Shown one piece after another: positions 39,696 through 48,746 of a stretch of DNA of 64,000 nucleotides. The notes beneath the pieces are model-generated. The model did not search any database, was not told the DNA's origin, and saw only the letters and a list, made by a program, of their open reading frames with translations. The DNA is from an uncultured virus (IMG/VR IMGVR_UViG_3300042384_001469) (taxonomy: Duplodnaviria > Heunggongvirae > Uroviricota > Caudoviricetes): the IMG/VR virus record IMGVR_UViG_3300042384_001469. One strand, written 5' to 3'. A program made the position numbers and the translations under genes. How positions within the stretch are numbered: position 1 is the stretch's first letter; every line of letters begins with the position of its first letter.

Positions 39696-40184
39696 TTAGT
39701 AAACTAAGATACATCTATCAGGTCTTAAAGTTGCCGTGATAGTTGCCAATCCATCTTGTGAGTAAGATAATTGGTTAAAGTTAACGTCAGTTAAGAACGT
39801 ATCTTGTAACAACCATTTTTCAACAACAACACCTGTCGGGTCTAACATTTCTAAATCAATGTTTTTCTTATAACCCGCAGCGTAACCCATACGTCCTGTT
39901 ACAGATTCAGCATGTAAACGAACCCACTCCATAAGAGCCTGAGCAGCTGAAGGTCCAATTGGGTCACGGAACGTAACGTTAATTGTCTGCCAGTTAAATC
40001 TACCAGCTACGAATGTAGAAGTGTTTAAGAATTGAATCTCCGTAGCACCGATTGTGATGTGTGGTCTACTTGTAGATTCTACAAACCATTCATTGATTCC
40101 TAAAGAAGAATCAAATCTTAATATAAATCTATTCTGCCTTTTCGGTTCGTAAGGAATCGGCATTTTCATCAGCAAATCAGCCAT
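39696..40184 (-). CDS. Tail tube protein (T4 gp19-like)
   Basis: YEPKRQNRF, AGRFNWQTINVTFRD, EWVR, YKKNIDLEMLDPTGVVVEKW; downstream of the sheath gene. Confidence 0.88.
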   Translation of the reverse strand: MADLLMKMPIPYEPKRQNRFILRFDSSLGINEWFVESTSRPHITIGATEIQFLNTSTFVAGRFNWQTINVTFRDPIGPSAAQALMEWVRLHAESVTGRMGYAAGYKKNIDLEMLDPTGVVVEKWLLQDTFLTDVNFNQLSYSQDGLATITATLRPDRCILVY

Positions 40185-40278
40185 AGTTTCTTTTTGTTTT
40201 TTTTCTGTTTTATTCTCTTATAAATATATCACAAAAGAAAAATCTATTTACTTTTATTTTTTTTTAGAAATATTTGTA

Positions 40279-41121
40279 CTAGTCTTCAGTATTGCTTCCT
40301 TGAAACTTCTTTTTTTCACCAGTCTTAGTAGTATACATTTTTAAAGATTTTTCTTCGTCATCAGATAATTTATTAATCATAGCCTGTAAATTTCTTTCAT
40401 CATCATCTGAAAAACCTATTTGTGGTACAAACGAATTAGATACATCGTCAATCATTTCTACGTCTTTTTGTAAAAGTTTCGCCTGTTGTCTGACATATGA
40501 TATAAATTTTCTCATAGCTTTAACTTTACCGTCTTCAGGATTTGTCGCACTTCCTTCACCATGTGTAACAGGATAAAATTGACACATTTCTAAATATAAA
40601 TTTATAAGTGTATTATCATCTAATTTTTCAGTTGGGAGTCCTTTAACTTTATCTCTATATTTTTTTAAATTTTTAACAATTTCTTGTTTAGAAATACCGT
40701 CGATTTCACCGTCAATTAATTGTTTTACCGCTCTTTTTAATGTATTTGGGTGATGACCTCTTGCAGTAATTATTGAAAAAATTGACCCACCATTTATTGC
40801 TTCTACAAAATCACTCCAAGCAGGACCTTTTTTCGCCATCAAACAACCAATCAAAAATTCTTCATCACCTTTTTCTCCAAAATATCTAAACGGGTCATCT
40901 GAAAATCCTACAATAGTATTGCCATTATATTCAAACTCTTCTTTTCCAATTAATGTACGGTATTTTGCAAAATCATGTGTACCCATACCAACCTCTTTAC
41001 CATTTTTTTCTTTTAAGATAATTTTAGTTGGCATATACATTATATTATCATCCCAATCAAATGCATAATATTTTAAATCAGGAGTACCCTCTTCTGTGAA
41101 ACCTTCAAAAATTCTTTTCAT
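40279..41121 (-). CDS. HAD-superfamily phosphatase-like protein
   Basis: Motif I FDWDDNI, motif II ITARG, motif III K, motif IV FSDDD. Start set at MKRIFE (41121), just after TATTTAT and the terminator. Confidence 0.65.
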   Translation of the reverse strand: MKRIFEGFTEEGTPDLKYYAFDWDDNIMYMPTKIILKEKNGKEVGMGTHDFAKYRTLIGKEEFEYNGNTIVGFSDDPFRYFGEKGDEEFLIGCLMAKKGPAWSDFVEAINGGSIFSIITARGHHPNTLKRAVKQLIDGEIDGISKQEIVKNLKKYRDKVKGLPTEKLDDNTLINLYLEMCQFYPVTHGEGSATNPEDGKVKAMRKFISYVRQQAKLLQKDVEMIDDVSNSFVPQIGFSDDDERNLQAMINKLSDDEEKSLKMYTTKTGEKKKFQGSNTED

Positions 41122-41144
41122 ATTATATAAATATTGTTTAAAAT

Positions 41145-41171
41145 AAAAAACCCCCAATAAGGGGGTTTTTA
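41145..41171 (-). terminator. Intrinsic terminator after the tail sheath gene (bidirectional form)
   Basis: AAAAAACCCCC-AATAA-GGGGGTTTTTT. Confidence 0.8.
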
Positions 41172-41187
41172 TAATTATTGTTTAATA

Positions 41188-44100
41188 TTAGATGTTCTCA
41201 AAAGAAGCTCCAGTTGGAGTAATTAAGAACTCAATATCAATAAATTCAAGAGCTTTAGTTGGTTTGATGTAAATCTTACCTATCATTTGGTTTCTATCTA
41301 AATCTTCAGGAGTGTTTTGAACTGTAACTCTGAAGTCATATAAACCTCTGTCTCTACGAATAGAATCTAAGATTGGATTAACCGCATCTAAGAATTGTTG
41401 TCTAACTACCGCGTCGTTTTGTTCAAACAATAATCTTACAGCCACTGCCGAAATCAACTTACGTGCTTGTAACAACAATCTTCTAACGTTAATTCTATCT
41501 AATGCTGACTCTCTAATTTGAAGTGTTTTATTACCCCAAATAACTGTTCCGACATCATTGAATGTTGCGATAGGATTAATTCTACCCTTGTACAATGTGT
41601 CTCTATCTTCTTGAGTTAACTTTTTACGAGCCTTGATTGCGTTTACTAGTCCTCTTGTGTAACCAGCGGCTGCGAACCATGGGAACGCAATGTTATCAGT
41701 TAATGCCAAGTTTCTTGTTACTTCAGCAGTTGCAGGTAAGTAAATTTGGGTATTATTAACTGTATCACGAGTCAACACCCAAGGATAGTAAGTTGCGGTA
41801 TAGTTTGAGTCAATACCCGCAGTTTCTAAAATATCTACAACCTCTTGTGGGTAATATAAATTATCAACTGAAGTTGATGGTTGTAATAAATTAAAATCAG
41901 GGATTGTCGTAATATAGATTGAATCCGCTCTGTCGTTTTCAATCATATCAATAGACGCCTCAACTAAATTACTATTATTATCAATATCAATACCAGGAGT
42001 AACAAATACGTTAATATTAACCGCTTCAGGGTTTGAGAAAGTTTTTTGACCTAACAAATATGCATAATAGTCAGTATTTGCCCAATCAACACTATTGTCA
42101 CCTACAGTAATTTGTTTAAACATACCTGTACCTGTTGCTAAAGGATATGATGTCGATACACAAGCACCTGCCAAGTATCCACTTCTACCTAACACAAATC
42201 TGTCAGAATTAGTTCTTCTTTCAGTGTAGATATCCCATCCGTCAAAACCACCTTGTAATGCTAAAGTGAATTTACGAGAATATAATCTATAGTAAGGATT
42301 AGTTTCAGAAGTTGGTTCAGTATTAAATGACGCAACCCCACAATCAAACGCTTGGTTTCCTGAAGTTGTTAAACCATTATAATTAGGACTTAATTGACCT
42401 ATTGTAACAACTGTAGCCCCACTATCCATATGGAATCCTCTTGACAAATATGCCCAATCAGAACCAGTTACTGCGTCACAGAAATCACTTACAGGATTTT
42501 GTTTACCTTTATAAATTAATAAAGATTCATCAATACCAAATTGACTTGAGAAACCTAAATAACTTCTTCTAACGTTGTCTCCTGAACTTTGAGTGTCGTT
42601 ATTAACACCAGCAGAATTACCGAAAGGAGGGTCATATATTGTTTCACCAGGAATATAATATTTTGTCTTATATATTGGGAAAGCCGAATTTGATGAAGGA
42701 TACTCTCTGTTAATATATCCTTCAAATCCACATGGTAACGCGTCTATTGGTGCATCAACATTAACTTCAAGCATAACATATTTAGAATTTAATTGGTATT
42801 CACCATCTGAGGTACCAATTTTCTTAGCAACATAGTTATTCAAGTTAGGGTCCATGCTACAATTTGAGAATTTCTCAACAACAACAGGGTTACTATCAGT
42901 ATCGTAAAAATCTCTAACAATTACATCAAAAGTACCATTTGTGAATGATATATTTGCAACTGTAATTTTAACTTGTGTATTAGAATTATTACCATCTGAA
43001 ATAGTGAAAAATTTAAATAATTCATAAATTTTATTACCTCTCAATTCTGACACAACCCATGGAGACTCGGCACTTTGATATTGTTCAAGGTACCATCCTA
43101 AAGAATCTGTAGTCAAATCTCTAGCTTTAGCAGATGTGTCTAAACCACAATTCAGACCTCTAATATATCCTTTATTGTATGCGTAATTAATTAAAGTAGT
43201 GTACGCTTCTTCAACAAATAGAGGGAACGTTGTTCTAGGTTTACTAAAATTAGATACACCAAGAACTTTAGAAATGAAATTAGGACTAGTTTCTAATAAA
43301 TTAACTTCATATGTGAAATTAGTATTATCTATAGTATTTCCTGATAATAAGAATGTTGATAAAGGATTCTTAGTTACTCCTGAATAAGACCCCGAACACA
43401 CCATAGTCAACGCAGTTGTTGCGGAAACTTGATAAACAGGTCCGTTATCACTTGAGTAATCAGCTAAACCTCTAGAACGTAAAGTTGCGACAACAATATC
43501 ATTGTAATCAGAAAATGCTGTTCCTGAATATGAGAATACAGTACCTGATACACATCCTGAAAAAGAACCCGCGTTTCCATAAGCAGTACCCGATAATGAT
43601 GTTACCGATGCATTAAATGAAATTCCTGAATATGAATCACCATACATTAAACCAAATGTGGAATAAAACCATGGGTCGTTTTTTGAATCACACGTAATTG
43701 CCGATAAACTGGTAACTCCGTATTCATTTGTAATTGCTGAGTAAACTGATGAATACGACGTATAAGCACTTGCCGGAATTGTTCCCCACATACTACCTGT
43801 GTATGCAGAAGTTGCTTGTGACCTCATAATATTCAATACCAATGATTTCATATCATCAGAAATTGATGATGTCCCACCATTAAATGTAGTGTATGGTAAT
43901 GAGAAAATATTCGGATTTAAAGCAGTTGGAACCGAACCAAATGTTATTGACGATGTTGATGCGGATGTACCTGTAAATGTAAGTAAATAGTTTGTTGACC
44001 CTGTGAATATTATTGTATCACAATCAACATTTGCAACAGTACTGATAGACCATGATGGTCCAGCGTCATAACCGGATAACCCTAATACACGAGTTACAAA

Positions 44101-44373
44101 AAGTTGATTAGATTGTTGTAGGTAAGATTTGGCGATATACGCCGCCTCATACTTAGGTATTTGAGTGTTTATGAATTTTTCAGGTGAAGTACCTCCAAAG
44201 TAAAGTTGGAATTCGTCATAGTTAGTGACAAATATAGGTTCAAATGCCGGTCCCTTAATAGTTTCACCAACAATACCTAAAGTAGTTACACCCACATTTT
44301 GAGACACAAAACTCAAATCTCTTTCAGATGTATACACACCTGGAGAAACGAAAACTGTGTTTGATTTAGCCAT
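41188..44373 (-). CDS. Contractile tail sheath protein (T4 gp18-like) with large insertion domains
   Basis: VSPGVYTSERD, GETIKGPAFEP, YYPW, PWFAAAGYTRG, INPI, WGNKT, RINVRRL, FEQND, PTKALEFI. Confidence 0.95.
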   Translation of the reverse strand: MAKSNTVFVSPGVYTSERDLSFVSQNVGVTTLGIVGETIKGPAFEPIFVTNYDEFQLYFGGTSPEKFINTQIPKYEAAYIAKSYLQQSNQLFVTRVLGLSGYDAGPSWSISTVANVDCDTIIFTGSTNYLLTFTGTSASTSSITFGSVPTALNPNIFSLPYTTFNGGTSSISDDMKSLVLNIMRSQATSAYTGSMWGTIPASAYTSYSSVYSAITNEYGVTSLSAITCDSKNDPWFYSTFGLMYGDSYSGISFNASVTSLSGTAYGNAGSFSGCVSGTVFSYSGTAFSDYNDIVVATLRSRGLADYSSDNGPVYQVSATTALTMVCSGSYSGVTKNPLSTFLLSGNTIDNTNFTYEVNLLETSPNFISKVLGVSNFSKPRTTFPLFVEEAYTTLINYAYNKGYIRGLNCGLDTSAKARDLTTDSLGWYLEQYQSAESPWVVSELRGNKIYELFKFFTISDGNNSNTQVKITVANISFTNGTFDVIVRDFYDTDSNPVVVEKFSNCSMDPNLNNYVAKKIGTSDGEYQLNSKYVMLEVNVDAPIDALPCGFEGYINREYPSSNSAFPIYKTKYYIPGETIYDPPFGNSAGVNNDTQSSGDNVRRSYLGFSSQFGIDESLLIYKGKQNPVSDFCDAVTGSDWAYLSRGFHMDSGATVVTIGQLSPNYNGLTTSGNQAFDCGVASFNTEPTSETNPYYRLYSRKFTLALQGGFDGWDIYTERRTNSDRFVLGRSGYLAGACVSTSYPLATGTGMFKQITVGDNSVDWANTDYYAYLLGQKTFSNPEAVNINVFVTPGIDIDNNSNLVEASIDMIENDRADSIYITTIPDFNLLQPSTSVDNLYYPQEVVDILETAGIDSNYTATYYPWVLTRDTVNNTQIYLPATAEVTRNLALTDNIAFPWFAAAGYTRGLVNAIKARKKLTQEDRDTLYKGRINPIATFNDVGTVIWGNKTLQIRESALDRINVRRLLLQARKLISAVAVRLLFEQNDAVVRQQFLDAVNPILDSIRRDRGLYDFRVTVQNTPEDLDRNQMIGKIYIKPTKALEFIDIEFLITPTGASFENI

Positions 44374-44405
44374 TTAATGTAAGTTTTTTTATAATTTATT
44401 TTTCT

Positions 44406-44412
44406 ATAAATA
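44406..44412 (-). promoter_or_regulatory. TATTTAT late-gene motif upstream of the sheath gene (representative of about 14 copies)
   Basis: The same heptamer sits on the coding strand upstream of structural and late genes across the window (see findings). Confidence 0.65.
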
Positions 44413-44490
44413 CTTTCAGGTTTTTCAAAAAACTTTACATATCTTAATCTATTTATATTTTGGTATGATTTTTTTCTACTTTTTTATCCT

Positions 44491-44637
44491 ATGAAATTTA
44501 AAAATTTAAAAATATCGGAATATCATCACGATTTACTAAAAAAACATTGCGATAAGCACGGTCTTAAAATAAATAAATTTATAGAAATGTTAATTAAAAA
44601 AAATTGTACAAATAAAAATGATATTTACGGAGAGTAA
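44491..44637 (+). CDS. Small ribbon-helix-helix-like DNA-binding protein (48 aa; below the ORF-track cutoff)
   Basis: MKFKNLKISEYHHDLLKKHCDKHGLKINKFIEMLIKKNCTNKNDIYGE: alternating beta strand, helix, G turn, helix. TATTTAT at 44450-44456 upstream; stop abuts the convergent gene's stop. Confidence 0.65.
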   Translation: MKFKNLKISEYHHDLLKKHCDKHGLKINKFIEMLIKKNCTNKNDIYGE

Positions 44638-45675
44638 TTAAATTAACTCAATACCTAATGACATTTTAGAATCCAATTCCGAGGTGACTTTTTGTATATC
44701 AATTTGTAAAGTATCACCATTATTAATTTGAATGGTTGATGAATTGGACCCATAAAAAAGACCATTAATGTATATATAATAATTTGTAATATTAACCTTA
44801 GACTCAACAGTTAAGTTGGCGGTATATTTAAATTCTTGTGTAATCGTTGTGGTCGCACCTTCAAAATTTAAAGTTAAACTTGAAGATGGAGCGGTTTCAT
44901 TTTTAATTTTTTTAGATTTCACTTTTTTTGTATCTGTTTCAATTAATTGTAATACTCTATTAATTGCAGGTTTAACTTCAAATTCATCTTCATCAATTAA
45001 AAACCCCATTAATGTAAACCCGTAACTTTGGATATAATATCTTCTTTTTTCAACGTCCATTACTGATTCATCAGAAATTTCATTCATAACTATTGGAATG
45101 TAATGACCTTTAACATTTGTGTAAGCTTGACGAGATGAAAATTTTTCTATTACTTTTTTATTAAACTTATTTAACTCTCTCATTCTATTACAAACTATTT
45201 TTACTGAGTATGTAATATCAACAGGTACTGGTTGTGGTATTGTATAAACATCGTACCCTTTTCTTTCACCATCCCACGTTGGTACTGCTGCGTAAAAATA
45301 TTGTTTTCTATTTGGAATAGTCCACATTAATGATGGTAATGAACCGTATTTAACTTCAGGATTTCTAATTGTTGTCACAAAAGGAGGTTCAGGATTTTTA
45401 TCTAAATTTTGAAATGACCAAGTTTTTGCGTAATTTGACCAGTTTTGAGTTGTCATGATAATGTCAATAATTGGTACTTTAACACCATCAGTACTAATCT
45501 CTAAATCATTTTTAACAAAATCTAAAAACCCTCTATCCAAATCTTCGTGTAATATAGATTTTGGTAGATATGTTCCATGCTCGTTAATCATATCAAGCAT
45601 TTCTATCCTACGAGACAATCCTTCTTTTTTAGGGATAAGACTAATGTCTTTTTTTATTTTTTTAGGTAACCCCAT
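44638..45675 (-). CDS. Tail completion/terminator protein (T4 gp15-like)
   Basis: IPQPVPVDITYSVKIVC..MRELN..N pattern; located between the neck and sheath genes. Confidence 0.65.
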   Translation of the reverse strand: MGLPKKIKKDISLIPKKEGLSRRIEMLDMINEHGTYLPKSILHEDLDRGFLDFVKNDLEISTDGVKVPIIDIIMTTQNWSNYAKTWSFQNLDKNPEPPFVTTIRNPEVKYGSLPSLMWTIPNRKQYFYAAVPTWDGERKGYDVYTIPQPVPVDITYSVKIVCNRMRELNKFNKKVIEKFSSRQAYTNVKGHYIPIVMNEISDESVMDVEKRRYYIQSYGFTLMGFLIDEDEFEVKPAINRVLQLIETDTKKVKSKKIKNETAPSSSLTLNFEGATTTITQEFKYTANLTVESKVNITNYYIYINGLFYGSNSSTIQINNGDTLQIDIQKVTSELDSKMSLGIELI

Positions 45676-45676
45676 T

Positions 45677-46192
45677 TTATATTCCGTTAAATTCGTTTGG
45701 TCCTACAGGTGACGCATTTATTGTTCTGTAGAATGGTTTATATCCTGCGTAAGTATGTTTATTATCTGAAACAACTTTACCATCATTATTAACTGTATAG
45801 TATCTTACACGGTTTTCTTTTTCATAATACCCTATATAGTCACCATATTCAATTTCAATACCTAATTCATCCAAATGTGACTGATATACTGAAATTCTAA
45901 TATTACCAGGTTCAAATTGATTAATTTTACTAGTACCTATATTTTTATTTTCAGGTGCAGATACTTGAACATATGCCTTAAACTCGACAGGTGTGAGAAA
46001 TTTAATTCCGTTAGCTAAAGCCTCCCCATAAACATCATCAATATCTGTCTTTTGTTTATCGATTTTGTATAAGACCAAAGTAAAGTTCATATCCCCTTCT
46101 AGCCATTCTCTACCCATACCCACATCTAATGTGAAGTCCTCGGCTCCAAAAAATTTTCCTAAACGAGTAATTGGTACATTTCTTTGTGACAT
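45677..46192 (-). CDS. Neck / head-closure protein (T4 gp14-like)
   Basis: LYKID..KT..DDVYGEA...F..PVE, then ISVYQSHL.E....I..GDYI. Confidence 0.65.
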   Translation of the reverse strand: MSQRNVPITRLGKFFGAEDFTLDVGMGREWLEGDMNFTLVLYKIDKQKTDIDDVYGEALANGIKFLTPVEFKAYVQVSAPENKNIGTSKINQFEPGNIRISVYQSHLDELGIEIEYGDYIGYYEKENRVRYYTVNNDGKVVSDNKHTYAGYKPFYRTINASPVGPNEFNGI

Positions 46193-46193
46193 A

Positions 46194-46222
46194 TTGATAA
46201 ATATCTTTATTTCACTTATTAT
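46194..46222 (+). promoter_or_regulatory. Sigma70-like promoter for the SNF2 gene, overlapping the divergent late motif
   Basis: TTGATA-N17-TATTAT. Confidence 0.5.
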
Positions 46223-46246
46223 TATAAGTAATGTAATATTGAAAGT

Positions 46247-48004
46247 TTGGAAACAGGAACTTCACATTTAAGTATTGAACAAAAAGCCCTAAGTATTTTA
46301 GAAAATTATGAAGGGTCAAATAACTATATACTTAAAATTAAAAAACAATGTGAGACAAACAAAAAACACATCCCAACTAGAGCTCAATGTGAGTATATAA
46401 TAACTTATTATACCACAACTCCAAAAGTTGCCAAAAAATGGGTGGATATTGATTCTTATTTTTCACAAAAACTTGTCGAGGATAATCCATTTATAAAAGA
46501 GCCTGATAAAATTTATGTAGAAAAAATTTTAATAGAAAAAGATAAATCTTATCATATTTGGGGTAAGATTCATAGTGGTGAAACTATTCATGATTTTTGG
46601 ATACCTAAAGCCGCGATTGTTAAACAATATAAAGAAAATGTAATTGAGGTCGATTATTCTAAGTATCAAAATCGACCCCCCTTATCTCACCAAAAAGAAG
46701 CGATAGAAAAACTATTAAAAAATGATAAATTCATTTTAGCGGACGATATGGGATTAGGTAAAACTACCTCAACAGTAATTGCAAGTTTAGAAAGTGGTGC
46801 TAAAAAAATATTGATAATTTGTCCAGCGTCTTTAAAAATCAATTGGGAAAGAGAAATTAAAAATTATACAGATAAAAATATTTTTATTTGTGAAGGTAAA
46901 AAATATGAGGACAGTGATTTTGTAATTACAAATTATGATATCCTTAAAAATTTTTACGACCCAAAGGACAAAGAAAATTCATTAATATTCAAATCAAATT
47001 TTGATTTAATCATAATTGATGAAGCACATTATGTTTCTAACGCTCAGGCACAAAGAACCAAAATTATAATGGACTTAACTAAGAATGTTAAAAAACTTTG
47101 GTTATTAACAGGTACTCCAATGACATCAAGACCAATGAATTACTACAATCTTTTAAAATTAATTGATAGTCCTGTTAGTCAGAATTGGATGGCGTACGCA
47201 ATTAGATATTGTAACGGATATCAATTTAGGGTTGGTAATAAAAAAGTTTGGAATGTTACAGGTGCATCAAATTTAGAAGAACTTAGAGAAAGAACTTCTC
47301 GTCAAATTTTAAGAAGACTAAAAACAGATGTTTTAGATTTACCTGAAAAAATAATGACCCCTGTTTATTTGAGATTAAAATCAAAATTTTATGAAGGATT
47401 AATGGGTGAGTACTATGATTGGTATAATAATAGACAAGAAGAATCTAAATCACTTTCAATACAGTTTACAAAATTAATGAAAGTAAGACAAGTTATTGCC
47501 GAAGAAAAAATACCAACAACAATTGAGTTAGCTGAAAATATTTTAGAACAAGGTAAAAAAGTAATCATTTTTAGTAATTTTACAGAACCTCTAAAAAAAA
47601 TACATGAACATTTTGGTAAAAAATCAGTTTATTTAGATGGGTCAACTACAAAACCCGCAAGACAGGATGCTGTTGACAGATTTCAAACTGATGAAAAAGT
47701 TCAAGTATTTTGTGGTAATATTAAAGCCGCAGGTGTTGGTTTAACATTAACCGCGGCTGAGGCGTGTATTATGAATGATTTATCTTTCGTACCCGCAGAC
47801 CATTCACAAGCTGAAGATAGAGCGTACCGATATGGTCAAAAAAATTCAGTTTCCGTATATTACCCAATTTTTGAAAATACAATTGAAGGGGTAATTTATG
47901 ACATTTTAGATAACAAGAAAAAAATAATAGGAACTGTAATGGGTGACGACGGAACGTCCTCGGATATTGTTGAACAAATACTTAACGAAATCAATAGTAA
48001 GTAA
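46247..48004 (+). CDS. SNF2-family helicase/translocase (HARP/SMARCAL1-like)
   Basis: LADDMGLGKT, ICPASLKINW, DEAH, LTGTP, LRRLK, GVGLTL, QAEDRAYRYGQ; TTG start. Confidence 0.92.
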   Translation: METGTSHLSIEQKALSILENYEGSNNYILKIKKQCETNKKHIPTRAQCEYIITYYTTTPKVAKKWVDIDSYFSQKLVEDNPFIKEPDKIYVEKILIEKDKSYHIWGKIHSGETIHDFWIPKAAIVKQYKENVIEVDYSKYQNRPPLSHQKEAIEKLLKNDKFILADDMGLGKTTSTVIASLESGAKKILIICPASLKINWEREIKNYTDKNIFICEGKKYEDSDFVITNYDILKNFYDPKDKENSLIFKSNFDLIIIDEAHYVSNAQAQRTKIIMDLTKNVKKLWLLTGTPMTSRPMNYYNLLKLIDSPVSQNWMAYAIRYCNGYQFRVGNKKVWNVTGASNLEELRERTSRQILRRLKTDVLDLPEKIMTPVYLRLKSKFYEGLMGEYYDWYNNRQEESKSLSIQFTKLMKVRQVIAEEKIPTTIELAENILEQGKKVIIFSNFTEPLKKIHEHFGKKSVYLDGSTTKPARQDAVDRFQTDEKVQVFCGNIKAAGVGLTLTAAEACIMNDLSFVPADHSQAEDRAYRYGQKNSVSVYYPIFENTIEGVIYDILDNKKKIIGTVMGDDGTSSDIVEQILNEINSK

Positions 48005-48017
48005 GTATTTATTATTG

Positions 48018-48728
48018 ATGAAATCATTAAATTTATTATCAGAATCTTTACAGAAAAAAATAACAGGTGATATAGTATTACCTGAAACAAAGTATTTTAT
48101 CAATGAAATGAAAACCATAGGTATCGATAAATTACCGTATGGTTATGCATCTCTTCGTAGGTTTATTGACCCTGAAACTATGAAGTTTCATTATCAAAAA
48201 CATTATAAAGGGTACGTAAAAAAATTAAACTCAGCGTTACGAAAAAGAGATTACGGTGATGTTGAGTTAGAAAATATTGTTAAACAAATTTCAAAATATA
48301 ATACCGTAATTAGAAATAATGCGGGTGGAGCATTTAATCACGCACTTTTTTGGAAAATGTTATCTCCAACACCTCAAAAACCATACGGTGAAATTTTAGA
48401 AAAAATTAAAAAAGATTTTGGTTCTTATAGAGAATTTAAAGAAAGGTTTGAGTCTGTTGCAAAAAAAAGATTTGGTTCTGGATGGATATGGTTAGTAATA
48501 ACAAAAAGTGGTAAATTAAAAGTGATGTCTACTCAAAACCAAGACAATCCATTGATGAATATATTTGACAGAGGTGGGTTCCCAATTTTAGGGTTAGATT
48601 TATGGGAACATGCATATTATTTAAAATATCAAAATAAAAGAGACGAATATATTACAAATTTTTGGGATGCGGTAAATTGGAAATTCATAAATGAACTTTA
48701 TTTATCTAAAACTAAAAAGTCAAATTGA
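48018..48728 (+). CDS. sodA: Fe/Mn superoxide dismutase, probably Mn-type, with N-terminal extension
   Basis: LPYGY..L...I..ETM.FHYQKH, NNAGGAFNH, FGSGW, NQD, DLWEHAYY. Start re-assigned to ATG 48018, after TATTTAT. Confidence 0.93.
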   Translation: MKSLNLLSESLQKKITGDIVLPETKYFINEMKTIGIDKLPYGYASLRRFIDPETMKFHYQKHYKGYVKKLNSALRKRDYGDVELENIVKQISKYNTVIRNNAGGAFNHALFWKMLSPTPQKPYGEILEKIKKDFGSYREFKERFESVAKKRFGSGWIWLVITKSGKLKVMSTQNQDNPLMNIFDRGGFPILGLDLWEHAYYLKYQNKRDEYITNFWDAVNWKFINELYLSKTKKSN

Positions 48729-48746
48729 TATTTATAAATAAAAACT

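Noticed and set aside
47943..48017. Track start of SOD at GTG 47943 (similarly 41157 for the HAD gene and 20882 for the hypothetical)
   Set aside because: These extensions overlap upstream genes or terminators; downstream ATGs next to TATTTAT or A-rich leaders fit better.
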